From contig ADNK01002595.1 in assembly GCA_000320545.1 (NCBI GenBank), forward strand, positions 63,632 to 127,631: a DNA stretch of 64,000 bases, given 5' to 3'. Source of the stretch: Bigelowiella natans CCMP2755 (lineage: Eukaryota > Protista > Cercozoa). Below the pieces are notes generated by a model. That model ran no database searches. It saw nothing but the letters and a program-made list of their open reading frames with translations, and was not told the DNA's origin. This document shows positions 29,735 through 44,279 of this stretch, piece after piece. How positions within the stretch are numbered: the first letter of the stretch is position 1; each line of letters starts with the position of its first letter. The position numbers were made by a program, and so were the translations under genes.

Positions 29735-32700
29735 GATATCGTTGCAGATTTTACATCCGGTCAATGTGTGAAAAAGCGGAACCGTACGAGGGCGACGGCT
29801 TTAACGAGCAGCTCCGCAACATGGCGCGTGGAGGTCTGCTTACCTACAAAGCAAACAGCAAGCAGATCAATGTCCAACCCCCCCTCGAGCAGAAGAGTAC
29901 CCCAGCTAATCTAGGACTGCTGAGCAGAGTTGACAAGAAGCAGAGAGGCACTCACCCTTTCAAGATCTTGGACGATAGCACGAATAACAACAGATACAAC
30001 TTCTCGAGAGCAGACACGTAGGGTGTAGTGGTAGAAGTAGTTCCTGCATTAGTCGCATGTTTTTGCGGTTTTGCGGTATTAGCAGCAGACGGGCAAGATA
30101 TTTGAATGATTAGGATAATGATGATATCTGAGCATGATTGAAATTGCAAGTAATGTTTTGGTGTGCATATAGATCACACGACAATAATACTCTCCCTACA
30201 CACATGTTCGTACATCTAATCTATACATTCTCCCCCGCCAATCAGGAAACATACTTCTCCGGTGTCACATGTGTCTCCTGTGGGGGGAGGTAACCCCAAA
30301 CGAAAAATGCGACGTAAGAAGATTATCGATCTATGGAAAGTGAAGTTGCTCGATATGGCCTTTTTCAAGCGCCTCTCGTACTTTCTCAACAAGCTCCGCA
30401 ACAATATCGGCCTGACAGCGCTTGAGTACTTTCTCGCCGAATACTCTACCACGGCCAAAAACCGGTTGATATCTAGATATGCTAGTGCCCATATAATAAC
30501 GGATAGTATCTTGTCGGACTACTATATGCTCACACGAACTTGCGATTTGAATGCCACGATGAATTAGTCCTTCCGATGTCTTGCTGCCCTTACCCCCTCC
30601 CATAGGCACTTTCACACATATTTGCTGCACTCGTCCGGTCTCGGTGGGGGGGGGAAGTTGAGTTACGAGGAGTGGAGGCGAACGCACGTCTGGGAGAAAG
30701 TGGCAATGATGATTGAGCGTGGCGCGAATTTGTCGGTTTGGTCACCGGAGATACAGGCTTTGCCTCAAGAGGCAAAAGTAAAGGCCGCTCATCGTAAAGC
30801 TGAGGGTGAGAACAAATACTTTGATGAGAAATCGATGATGTCAAAATGGATTGGTTTATTGATTGGTTGATTGATTATTGCGTGTGTCGCTTGTTTGTTA
30901 CGAGCTTACGTACTTACTTACTTACTTGCAACAGGACACCTCTCCAACATTCTATTCGAGATGCTGCGGTATGAGATAGGCATGCCTCTCCCCGATCGCG
31001 CAGAGATAACAGCGCATATCAAGCGGTAAGAAGAAATATCTCGCATTCAGGAGGAGAAGGAGGAGGAGTAGGAGGAGTCATCATGAAACAACTTATAGCA
31101 CAACAGTATGGAACATAATCAAAGATAGGTTGAAATATGAACGTTGTGGTTTGCGAGGGATAAGCACCAGGACACATTATTTTTCGAACAATAATCTATG
31201 TGTAGGTTCGTTCCGCGCTGGCAGAAAAAGCAAGAATTAAAAAAACGTGTAGAGAGGGGCAGCAGCAATTCAAGCTCCCCAGCTATCGAAGGACTCTCAT
31301 CCGGAAAATCCACCGTCGTCACGGTAGTAGGAGATACGTGTACACTTAATAATCACAAAATCTCAGTTTATATTACATCTCTTCTCAACCTTCTTCCTCT
31401 TCCTCCTCTTCCTAATACAGACAATGCGTATGCGCCAAAGTTCATACGCTCTCAATCAGTTTCGTCCTGCTCCGAACGTTGTGCGAGAGAGGAACAGCAG
31501 CTTCTCCAGCACTGCCAGTGTCAAGAATGGGAGATTTGCAAACAGGAGCAGGTAGTAGTAGTTCTAGTAGTGGTTCTTGCAGAGCATTAGCAGTAATGCG
31601 TGGGGTGGGGTGGGGTAAGTATGGTAGTACACATCAATACTACTCGAGCAGACGTCAGAACCGATGAATGTAATGAGAGCTTGCACGATATTATTTTATT
31701 TATCTATTTATTCGTTTATAATTCGTGTGCGTATGCTTTGCATGTGGCAGGTCGTTCACTGTGCGCCACGAAATACGAGCAAGCGACACGAACATTTCTC
31801 CTTTTGGACAAAGGCCATCATCAGCAGCAGCAGGTACCAAGGAAGTGTCGTTTGCCGACAGAGAGGAGAGCAGCTCTATGACGGGGCTATCTAATAAGCT
31901 CACTACAGCATCGTACTCGTGGCGGATGCTATCGAGTGCCATTCGACAGGCAAGTGTGGAACTCGTCCAAATGCTCACAACTGGTTAAGTCTAAGAAAAA
32001 TAGAGAAGAACCTATGAGAGTAGTCGTAGTAGTCGTAGTGGTTGTAATAGTTGTTGTATTATCGTGAATAAAAGAAGAAGATCTCCTTGTCCCCCTTTCT
32101 CATTCTTGGTCAAAGCAGCTTTGAAGTTGGAAATAAAATTTACTTCTAGGGAAATTCGCACAATGGCAGCTCCCACACCTGGCCAAAAGTGATGTCTCGC
32201 TATTGCATTTGGCCTGCGACGACTACTTCTGCATACGACGCTCGGTTTGACAATAATGAGATAACTTCAGTGGTGGGCATGCCTGTGCGGGTGTGTTTGT
32301 GTGTGTGTGTGTGTGCGAACATATTGCCATTACGAATGTGATAACTTGGACATGAAGGTACGATGTTTCCAAATGCTTCTTTGTTTGCCTTAAAACTGTA
32401 CTCTGCATGAATTTGTTTTACTGTCTCGTCATCAGGTGGATATTGTGAAGCTCATTCTCGACTACAACTCGAAGAGAAGGAGGCATCTGGTAGAGGGACT
32501 CTTCCATCCTGCCAACGAAAGCCCGCTGCCAGGACAGGCTGGATTTGCACGTACATATCCACTCATCCAAGAGCTGAAAGGAGACTGTTATTAGTGTAAA
32601 CGAGAGCAAAGTGTCAATTTTGGGGGAGTAATGTGCGACTTTAGCACTGTTTCAGAAAAGGGAGACAATCAGACATAATTACATACTTATACATACGCAC

Positions 32701-34177
32701 ACACACACACACACACACACACGCACGCACGCACAAACACGCACATACTCACATTTTAGGCATGACGTCTGCACACGGTGCCCCACGCCAGCAGAGTGAA
32801 ATGGCGCTCAATATCGACATGCAGCATAGCGAAAACGTGAATGTGAGTAATCTTACATCTCACATCAACGAAATGGCATATAGTCTGAGAAACCTTAGAG
32901 AACACCGATGAAAGAATCATAAAATACTCCCAATTAAAAAAGTTGTCCTCATCATTATGATTCCCGCCGTGATGATGATGGTGACGATGATGATTATTTA
33001 TAATTCTTATTAGGTGCCGATGCATTTGTCGGAGTATCACATGCGGCTGATGTTCAGTACAACTGTGCCTGAATACGTCACCAACCGCACAGCCTTGCAC
33101 TATGCAGCCTCTTCGCTGCATACTGATTCAGGTAAAAGACGATGGAGGAGGGGGAACGAATTCTCTCGCTAGTTTTGTATAGCAATGATTTGATTTTAGA
33201 ATGTTTGCGTGTAATTATATACACTCTTTCGTTTGTACGCATAGGGGTTGGAAACGTCTCCTGTGAGATTACAACAATGTTATTACGACGACACGTGAAG
33301 ATCGGGTAGGTTTTGAATGATGACCGAAGAACACATTTCGCAATGGCGAGAAGATATCGAGTGATGAGGGCGATCCCACGGATGATATCCAAGATAGTTG
33401 TACGACATGCATGTCATGTTAACGATTGATTATGCAGTTTCTACATCATTAAGAAACATACACGTATGTATCTCTAAGTTTGAATATCAAATATGTAGGT
33501 GTTTCGATGAGTTTCAATTATCAGAGCTACACTACGCTGTTCTAAGTACGTGGCAGCACACACAATTCATCATTTCATTATAAAAAGAATTGCACAAATG
33601 CCCCTCAATTTTGCTACCATAAATTCTCTCATCAATCATACACACTATGATTCTTCAACGTCGCCATGTAATCCTCCTCTTCCTCCATCTTCTTTGTCTT
33701 TCGGCCTTCTCTTATTTTTACCCACTTCCATCATGTGCGCATCATTCAGGCAAGCATCTGCAAACGATCGACGAATTGACTAATTACACCGATCTCAACA
33801 TAGCAACTGGGGCCATTAAGAATGTTAGGCAGGTGTGAATGCATCAGCATGCTATTTGTGTAGCATCATCTCCCGATGGATGTCCAAAGTTCCTCCTGCT
33901 TTTACTTTTCATTTCTTGCTGTTAACCATAGTAGTGATGATTGACTTTCGCTCTTAATTTTTACCCCTTCTTTCATCATCATGTTTCTTTGCCAATTTCA
34001 CTCGTCATTGCTTTGTTCATTTCCCAACTTTTATGACGCATATAGGCTGGAGGGAAAAACACAAAGATTTGGAGCTCAAGAGTCCTAGAGTCAGATGAAG
34101 AACAATAAAATCTACATTCATTTTGTTTATGTATTTATTTTCGACCCAATCTTGTTGAATCAATTTACAATTGGATC

Positions 34178-34226
<49 letters not shown>

Positions 34227-34346
34227 GAATTAGGAGTACGATTGATGCTGCGGGGATGATGCTGCTCCCTTATCCTCCAGAGTGTGTGAAAGTTGTCACA
34301 GGCAAGAAAGGTAGTATCGACAGTGATGAGTATTAATACTCTCTAT

Positions 34347-34392
<46 letters not shown>

Positions 34393-34808
34393 TCATGCAC
34401 CGCATATATCGTCTTCAATAGCGATCATCATGATCATTGTGATGGCAGGTAAGTATATCAAAGTGGAGGTTCCGATTCACTCGCGTCAGTGCCGTTTTCA
34501 ACACGGAGGAGAAACTGGTCTGCATTCTCCTGATTCTTTGCGATGTCCACATCATCTTTTCACATCTCCTTATCATCTTCAAAAATAGTAAGATTCTCAT
34601 TGGTGAAATCATGATTTAGGGCTACATCTCGCTGCGGTGAATGGCCTTGTAGATGTGGCAGCAATGCTGCTAAAGAAAGGAGCAAAGAAGGATATTACAG
34701 ATCGCAGGGGAATCACGCCCTTAGGTGGCCAAAACACTACCAAATAATGTCCCATTGCCTAAAGCATATATTTGTGTGCGTGTGCGACTCGCCATTGTTG
34801 TTTATGTT

Positions 34809-34849
<41 letters not shown>

Positions 34850-36788
34850 AACCGTATGATGTTAATCCTCTGTGCACACACGTTAATATAAATACAGGCT
34901 CTGCGATGATGCGGTTCAAAGATATTAAGATGTTTTACGACGTCAATCGGCTCGATAAAAAATATGGTGACAAACACAATCACATCGTTTAATGTCTGGG
35001 AGAGAACAACGTATTTGGGCTTTTACACAATGTTGCCTTGCTATATTTTGAAAGATCATACATAAATATAAATTGTAAGCTTGAAATCACAAGACGAAGC
35101 TACTCGTCTATAAAGGAAAATGAATTTTCTGCCAATTGTATCAGCGCAAAAAGAGTCGCTCACAGATATCGTCCGCCAATCCCGGTTTCACAAATATACA
35201 TCATATTAATTTATGCATCTACATTTTCCTACCTAACAAATGTGCATCTGGGTGTCTTTCTTTTGAACGGGATCTTATTGCTTCTGGTCGCATTGCAAGT
35301 GTTCAATTTGAATAGATTGGTGGTTGATGCGTGCACTCACGACGGAAAATCATAATTATTGAATTCATAACTCAGGACACCTATTCGGCAAGATATGTAC
35401 GTCTCTTCTTCCCGTGCTCCTTTCAAAATGCCAGCTACAATGACAAATGGAGAAGCGATTCGTTTACAACAACATATATAATTTAGACATAGAATGTGTG
35501 CTCTCCTTAGTTGTTAAAATGTTCTGTTCTCCCTTATACCACAGTTTCCGAGCACTTCACGAGCTTAGGAACGATCTAGATGCAATAATACAGTAAAGCA
35601 GCATGATAGGAATTAACTAGTGGGAGAGTGCGATGTTATCCACCCTTAACTTAGAGCATTTGTGAGAAAATGGAAAAAGAAGAAAACAATTATTAATTGT
35701 TCTTATTTTATACGTGGCATACCGCATAATACCCTGCGACAACAATGATTAATAGGCTACTCATTCGAGAGGGGGCAGACTTAGAGCTTGCACAGAGGTT
35801 CAGTGGCACATCATTTGAGGTTCTTCCTGCTATTCTTTGTCTGAATTAGTAAAGAGAGAGAGAGAGGGAGGGGGGGGGGAGGGGGAGGGGGGCACGAGAA
35901 GAAATAGAAGAATGGTAAATAGAACCACTCAAAAGGATGATCTCACTGCACAAAAGATGATGCTGCTTCTCTCTCTCCTCCTCCTCCTCCTCCTCCTCTT
36001 CCTAAATCTGGTAGGAAATCTATGATATTCCTGGCAAGTTTCAGAGCATTGTAGAGCAAGAGAAGCTGTTCGCCAAGGAGGCATGCAAGTCAAAGGACGC
36101 ACGACAGGTGGTGTAACAACCTTACGCAAATAATAGTAACAACAACAATTACACCACACCTTCACACCAAGGTTCCATTCCAAGTCTTAGTTGTCACCAT
36201 GAGAAACCTTTCTCCCTTGAATACTTCTTCTAACTACTAGCATATGCTCTACTTTACCCTGCTGCTGCTGCCACGTGATGATATTGATATCCGTTGATTC
36301 TTCTCAGGTGCGGAGTATAGAGGAGAGCGTGAAGAACCTATTCGATAACCGCATGAATCAGATCGTCTGTGACGCGGTAATAGTAGTAGTAGTAGAAGTA
36401 GAAGTAGTAGTATAGCGATGAAACTAGTCTTATTATTCTGCTACGCACTTGCACCACACAACGCTTATTCCCACTCATATTAACAGTGTTGATGCACAGA
36501 ATAACCACGTCATCGTCGAGCCCCAGCTGCTTTTCAACCACTCTCGTCGTGATGAAACAAGTAGCAAGCGTCTGTTAAATACTCATGCAATGGTGATCAG
36601 GTGTATCGTATGGAAGTGCGCGGAGCACGTGTCTCGAGCTTTCTCTTCTACGCGGTGTTTCTTTCGCTTCTCTCACTGCTCGTCGTTCAGCTGGCAACCC
36701 AAGACCGAAGAACATCCTTTTGGTTTCATAACGCTATGGTAACTAGTAATAGAATTAGTAGTAGTCGCAAGAAACATAATACATATAT

Positions 36789-36841
<53 letters not shown>

Positions 36842-36971
36842 ATATTTGATCACCACCTTCAAGACGACGAGAGAAAGAGCGATAAGACTGCATGATATCG
36901 TGAAATCCCTCAAATTAAAGAACAGAGGATATAGTAGCGTGCTCCATGATTCCTATGATGAAACTGACGAT

Positions 36972-37019
<48 letters not shown>

Positions 37020-37231
37020 GTGCAAACACTTGTGGACGATGAGATTCCGTATGATGTTTCGCGGATAAAAAGGAACTTTAGGGAGATTGATTCGATCGAT
37101 GAATTCTGGTATATTCAGATAAAGGAAATCTGACTGCCGCACTTTGTTTTTCTCTTCGCATTCTAGTCTCCATCCCCTATCATGTTTAAATCATGTTTAA
37201 ATACGGTATGTAATTGTCTGCGCTTGATATT

Positions 37232-37265
<34 letters not shown>

Positions 37266-37422
37266 TGTGAGCTCCTCTATTTGGATATCTACAGGATGTG
37301 GTTGGAAGGGCCTTTTCTAGACCAATTCTATCCTCAAGTCGAGCCCGTATATGTAGCAGACAACGGCACACAGAACGGACTCAGAGGGTTTGACAGCTTG
37401 TACAAAAGGATCCCCACTCTTT

Positions 37423-37459
<37 letters not shown>

Positions 37460-37578
37460 TGTGTGTGTGTGTGTGTGTGTGTTTTATTTCTTTAACATCT
37501 TAGTGAATAATCTTACTGATTGATTGCATCTGATCATCAGATATGTTGGCGGGCAGTCAAGGATCGTTGGAGTTCCAA

Positions 37579-37622
<44 letters not shown>

Positions 37623-38043
37623 CTCTATGACGTAGGAGGGGGCACTCACAATGCTAATTTGTAGTAGTAGTAGCAGTAGTAGTAGTAGTAATACCTGTAC
37701 GCATTCTCACGCACATAGATATCATCACTTCATGTGAATGTTATCAGGATACGGCAGCTGCGATCGATGCGAGAATCATGTGATTTACCTGATCAGGTCA
37801 TCATTTTCGTGCTATGGTTATGGCACTACTCATACAGAAAGAAGCAAACTAGATGGATGTGTTCTTCTGATTGTCTCCTTATATCCTCAGGTAGCGATGG
37901 AGGGTGAGGTTTGCTTCTCAGAGGCAGGCTGCATTATTCCCAAGATACGATGCACAGAAGGTCAAAACGCTTAAATGGTGTTAGAAGGAAGGAAGGAGGA
38001 AAGGAGAGAGAATAACACTTTGATACGATTTCTGACTCTCTTT

Positions 38044-38085
<42 letters not shown>

Positions 38086-38500
38086 CTACCATATATGCTT
38101 TCGCACACCCAAAAGCAAACATACACAAATTCCATCTTGAGAGCTTCATCATCTGCTCCTTACCCCCTCCCCTCCTCCCCAATCGTCGCCACCTCTCCCT
38201 CCTCCTTATTCCACAGGCATCGAGCAGGGCACTCAAGTATTTGGCGGTGTTGAATATGCCTATCAAACTCCCAACGACCTAGATTCTGGCGTGTCTCTTA
38301 CATGGGGCCAATTCAGTCGCTGGTAGTCTATAGCATTCATACCTTCTTCCTCACACGTTCACGTACTACTGACAAATCAACAGGTATCCTGTATCTGGAT
38401 ATGTGCAAAACTTCCCATCCCCATGGTATAACTCGAGCTATTCCAATGCCACTGCCCTTATTGCAGCCCTCAAAGCATCGGATTGGGTAGTATTAGTTAG

Positions 38501-38566
<66 letters not shown>

Positions 38567-39416
38567 TGTGAGTACGTTAATTGATTGACACATGACGTTA
38601 TCATCGCTATATTTTATTGATGATTGTCGCAACCCATAGATTGATCATCTGACACGCGTGGTAAACGTGGAGTTCAGTCTGATAAATACGCACACGAACG
38701 ATTACATGTCTGGGATTATGATGGTCGAGTATCCCCTCGTTGGCGGGGCAATCACAAGCTTTGACTTCAACGTAAAAATAAGTGCTTCCTCTGTTTTTAC
38801 TTGTGCTACAAATACGAATGAATGAGATCCGTCTCCCACATACAAAAGAAAGCGGCAGTTAAACATATCATCGATGATACTGCAATGGTAACTTTTGGTA
38901 CTTGCTATCTCTTCTGTTCTTAGGTCGGTAGATTTGTGCACTACCAAAACGGCAATGGCCTTATTGCTCTAGAAATAGTCGTTTCAATAGGATTCTTCTG
39001 GTATTCTTATAGACATTGTATACGCACATTCATCTTTCAAATCCTTTTATGATTGATGTTTCTCTTCTTCTGTCTTTTGCTGCTATCTTATGTATGTCAT
39101 CCTCGCAGTTATTTGATCAGCGAGCTGGAAGCTTTCTCCCTTCTAGGTTTCAGACAAACGATGAAATACCATGCATGCATGTTGCCAGATGAGGGAGTAT
39201 TGTCTCACAATGATGGACGATACGAATCTTCCGGCAAATTGCTATGCTAATCAGGAACGTGCAAGTACCTCTCTACAATGTCGCATCTTTTGATGTTCTT
39301 AATGCTGGTTATCTGGATGCTTCTCATCATCATGTACATCTACATCATCAACTACGAGAACAGCGTGGTAAGTCAGATGCGACGAAGTTGATGACAAGAG
39401 AGCGAGCGAGAGAGAG

Positions 39417-39455
<39 letters not shown>

Positions 39456-39996
39456 AGGAAGAAGCACATCGATACGATTAGGGAAGTAGTATGAAACACA
39501 TTCACGTACACATACAGAAGACATAATACTAACAACGTCAATCGACATTTGCTGCTGCTGCTGCTGCTGCTGCTGCTCCTTCCACTACTACACCACTACT
39601 ACTACTACTACTACGGTTAATTATAGGATTGGACGGCAAGAGACGAATACGTTCCCATTATCCGCCTTGCACTCGGTGTGCGTGCGACGACGTATCTCCT
39701 TTCATTTCTGATTGCTTTTGCGTGGTGGAACCTCCTCAACTATCTGACGATCATAAAGGTGTAGATTACTTGATAATAATGATAAGAGACCGAATGAGAA
39801 GAATATCTGACCTCCACAAAAACGGATCATCAAATTGTTTATGTGTGTGTGTGTGTGTGTGTGTTTGTAGGCGTTTGCAGAGTTGCTGGTCATGATCGAG
39901 TTCATGTTACTGGCACTTTATCCTTTGTTATTGCTGCTCCTCTTTGTTTTGTGCTCCTTTGCATTCGCCATGTATGTGGCATTCGGGTACTACGTT

Positions 39997-40034
<38 letters not shown>

Positions 40035-40058
40035 AAAGAGGGAGGAGGGAACGAGAGC

Positions 40059-40112
<54 letters not shown>

Positions 40113-40569
40113 AGATCATGACGTTTGTAAGACAATGAAGTCCACAGAAATTAGAAGGGAAAAAAACACAGAGGGAGGAAAAATGTCTGATAGAATGATG
40201 GTGGGGATACCGTATATCTTCTCTGTCTTTGTTTGTTTCTACTTGATAAGTTACCAAGACATCGACAGTCAGACCTTTTGGGTCTCTCTCGCAACACGGG
40301 TAAGAGATATAGCAGCAGAGAACAAGAGGAATCCAATTATGCTATATGCATGTGAGCATGTATGTACGCATAAAATATAAATATTGTTAGTAGCACGCTG
40401 CTTTGTGTGTGTGAGAGAGAAATAATAATAATGACATAGTAGAAGCACACACATCTCACCTAGCTAATGCAGCACCCCAACGATGAAGATGAAGATAAAA
40501 ATAAATGCAAAGAAACTCTTTGCGAGACTTTTGTGATCTTTCACTCTTCCCCTTCCTCTTTCCTCTCCT

Positions 40570-40642
<73 letters not shown>

Positions 40643-41067
40643 TATGTAACAGGTGGTAGAGACGTTTGGCGGCGTAGACTACGAGCGAATAGCTGGATAT
40701 GACCGCGTAATAGGTATCATGCACTACCCAACAATTATAGAGACTCTTACGCCTGAATACGAATGATGTGTCAATATGAAAATATAAATTCTCCATTAAA
40801 ACAACCAAAGGAACGTTCTGGTCGGTGGCTTTTGTGATATTCCTCGGTGTTTTGATCTTAAACCTCATAATCGCTGTTCTCACTCACCAGTACGAGAGCG
40901 CAAGGTCCATCAACATCCTCATCATCACAATACTATTACTGATGATGATGATGCACTGATTTACTGATATTGTTACGATTCCTTAGGGAGCAGGTTGGGA
41001 AGAGGCACTGGGCGCACTATCAGTATAAATCTATTATGGTACGTTAAGTTAGTTGTTGTCGTAAATA

Positions 41068-41100
<33 letters not shown>

Positions 41101-41280
41101 CACACACACAAACACACATACACACATACACATACACAAACACACAACAAACACACACATAAAGAAATTATGTATTTCTACCAAATATTTAAATATTCAG
41201 TCACTAATCTTTATTCAACATTCTTCGCCCATCATCATCATCATCATCATCAATATTATCATCATCATCCCATAATCATC

Positions 41281-41325
<45 letters not shown>

Positions 41326-42179
41326 CCCCCCCCAGTTTCACTGGATAGTAAAAAAGGAAAGGAAGGATTATATCAATACCATGCTATCACGCCTTTGCTG
41401 CAGGTTGTGCATGAAGTGTGTGAGAACAATAAACCATCGCATCACCGTTGGAACGCAGATCATAATTTATGATGTGTGCAGTACTTCGTCCATATTGATT
41501 TTTGTCTAAATCGTGTGATATCGATTTCCAGTAAAAAGGGTGATGATGGTAATGGTGGGAATGCTGACAGACGTAATAACGTCACTGATGAATCTGATGC
41601 GGAATTTGGCTGCTTGGCGAGGTCGGATTATCACTACCCAAGCCCCTCTAACTTGTGATGATAGACCAACAAGAAGTGCTAAGACAATTCCATATGCATC
41701 CTCCTCCTCCTCCTCCTCCTCCTCCTCCTCCTTTTTTCATTAGGTGTAAGAGGGGGTGGAAGTCGTGTATATCATGCCTGGAGGAGACGATAAGTGCGCT
41801 GATAAATGGGGTAATAAGCGTGGTTGTGTCTGATGAGAGGGGGAGGGGGGAGAAATGACGTTCACAAGAGGATATATCGGTATGAAAGTATTTCTATCAT
41901 CGGCAATTTCGTCGTCTTTATTACAATACTTACACTGATATAATGAATATCTTAAATGATACAGTTTTAAGTGACAGCGGCATTGTGCAAAACCTTCTAT
42001 TCTCCTATTTTGTTGATGTGGTTGTATCCTTGGTGGCCGACTGATGATCCTGTATGTACAAATTCTGCTATTATCATAGGTGCGCAAGATCTTCACTAAA
42101 TGCCACAATTGCTGGATTATTCCTGCCTCTAAACAGTAAGTATCAAATTTATGGATGATGTTCCATGAGTATGTGTGTA

Positions 42180-42230
<51 letters not shown>

Positions 42231-43418
42231 CTATTTATATTGATTCATTTGTATCTGACATGGGCTTTGATTCAGTATTATTTCCTTCTGTACTTTTCCC
42301 CCATTTTGCTGCACTTGGCATGATTGCATGTCGGTACACACCCGCATTTGCGCCGCTTTGTTCTCATGCTATTGACAGGTACATGCAGCACGTCATGGAT
42401 CTTGAAGTGAAGGCGAAACTTTCGAAATTGAAGAAGTCAGTGAGTAGATCAAAGATGACGATAATGATAATGATGAAAATAGTGATAGGGTGGTGATAAC
42501 GATGGCAAAGTGAGAGCATGGAGATTGTAGAGGGTGGTGGTAGTTGTGGTTGTGGTGGTGGGCGGCGTCATCATCACCATCCAGTAGATGATTGATGTAT
42601 GTAGCACCTACAAATATTAATGTAAGTCGTCTATGATTTATTTAAAGACACGTGCGGGTGGAGCAAGGAGTTGCGCTGTCAATGCATAGATTGCCTTCGA
42701 TGAGGTCTGAAGTAGTATCAGAATATGTATCAGCAGTAATGAGTCATTGTAGTTGTTTCTACTGGAGCAAAGGCCAACACTGCCACTTCAATAATCGCAT
42801 ACGAAATTTAGACACACAGTTTGTCGCCTCAATGTGATCTCGATAATTGCTTAATTAGTACGGTTCCTGAATATGAAAATACATGCTGCGGCTGCAAGAA
42901 ATCGTGCTACCAGTTTTGGGAAGTAAGCATTCATTCTCCAATGCATTTTTTCAAAACAATTCGTGGTCTCGCTTGATACCCATTCCAAGTGACTTCTGTT
43001 TACTTGAACATGTACCGTATCAGTGGTGCAAGCACTTGTGTCGGTGTTGCGGAGGGTACGTTCTTCATCTATCTTTGACTACTTCACAACAAGTGTGAAT
43101 AATGTAAAAACTGAGATATATCTGATTTTGTTGTGCTGCATGCTCCGCGGTACCCTTGCTTTGTGTGGCGCGCACGCATACATACACAGCAACTCTAATA
43201 AAGCTGATGATATCTTCGTCCATGACCATCTCGACGAAATGTGCCCGCGTAAGTGTTGACCATAGAAATAATTAAGATATTGAATTTTTGAAACGATGAT
43301 TAATGATAATGATGAAGATGTAAATACGTGATTGATATGCTGATATTTATGTTTTTTCTATTTCTCAATGAATCTTTTTGTATTTTTGCAGTCTACGATG
43401 ATGAGGAAGCTGTCGTAG
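19489..43418 (+). CDS. Very large multi-exon gene: helical bundle/Cbl-TKB-like (EF + SH2-like) module, coiled coils, ankyrin repeats, C-terminal polycystin-2 (TRPP)-like cation channel; could instead be two or more genes
   Basis: Same-strand exons splice in frame wherever I checked (21977-26580 and 34620-36738). I did not verify every junction. The 3' end is uncertain (42496 or 43418). Confidence 0.55.
21020..22470 (+). other. Cbl-TKB-like EF-hand-like + SH2-like domain exons
   Basis: HAVLFWARHFGVRDIV and HISLAQWVALTKLFNP resemble Cbl DAAEFWRKAFGEKTIV and YISVFEFDIFTRLFQP. They are followed by YPWVFLSGMSQNDLNAIL...IVIR...KTFSITDLIRQ, an SH2-like pattern (W-F-G-S, FLVR-like Arg, F-S-x-x-L-I). 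Recognised by eye only. Confidence 0.55.
28480..35810 (+). other. Ankyrin-repeat exons of the large gene
   Basis: VDRERRIPMMLAL, RDNTGTSLLHYLV, NRTALHYAA, LSELHYAVL, LHLAAVNGLVDVAAMLLKKGAKKDITDRRGITPL, LLIREGADL. Confidence 0.8.
36600..40905 (+). other. Polycystin-2/PKD2-type channel domain exons
   Basis: S1 FLFYAVFLSLLSLLVV is followed by the polycystin (TOP) domain motifs WLEGPFLD, RIVGVPR-IRQLR...SC and LKASDWID-HLTRVVNVEFSL. Then S5 FVLCSFAFAMYVAFG, pore FGGVDY and S6 FVIFLGVLILNLIIAVLTHQY. Confidence 0.85.
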
Positions 43419-44040
43419 GTACAAATTGAAGCACGTATTACCTCATTAGTGCTGATTCGTTTTCATTAAAAACTTTGAGAGAATGGTTAGATCTTTTCCT
43501 AATTTTGCGTTCCCCATCCTGTATCAGGACATTTTGCCGATGGTGAAATTACTGCGAGTAATTGGCTTGATACCCTCCAAGAGTGATAATAGCATGGCTT
43601 TGGCGAGTAAACATCATCGGTTTGAAATAAGATGAATGATGTTATGCTGAGAAGATTTATAAGCGTTTCTATCGTCTGGCTGCTAAAAGATGATAAAAAA
43701 CATATCAACTGCTTCATCGTCATTATAATTTCTCTCATAAGAGCTTTTAATGAAAGTAACAAATTAGTAACGGACAATTTTTACACTGTAGTCACTGTTT
43801 CAATATATAAATCATGCTTAAGAAGCATGCTATATCTGTATATATATTATGGATGTAAGTTAACATATGAATGAGATTTTTACCGTTCGTTTGAAGAAAA
43901 TACATCAGCGACAAGCAAACATGACATCACCACAGCAGTGCGTTAGAGTCTTAAGGCTATGCAATCGTGTAGAAAATCAGACGTTGCCATACACACACAG
44001 CGCTATTTTCAATCGCATGATGCGCTACGCCTAAAGGCGT

Positions 44041-44075
<35 letters not shown>

Positions 44076-44279
44076 AAACAGGAGAGCATGTTCGAATTAA
44101 GCAAACGCGCGAGTGCAATGTACGCTAAGAAGATGCGATTGCTGCTGTGTAATGTAATTTTCTCATCATCGTTCATTCAATGATAGACATGCAATATTTC
44201 ATGTATTGCTCCACTTGCTTAAACTCTTGACATGTTTGCCTCGGCTCATTTTAGTCGCAGCAGATTGCATCGTTTAACA

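Noticed and set aside
43440-43900. AT-rich segment with short ORFs, possible organellar insertion
   Set aside because: No recognisable plastid, mitochondrial or nucleomorph gene similarity by eye.
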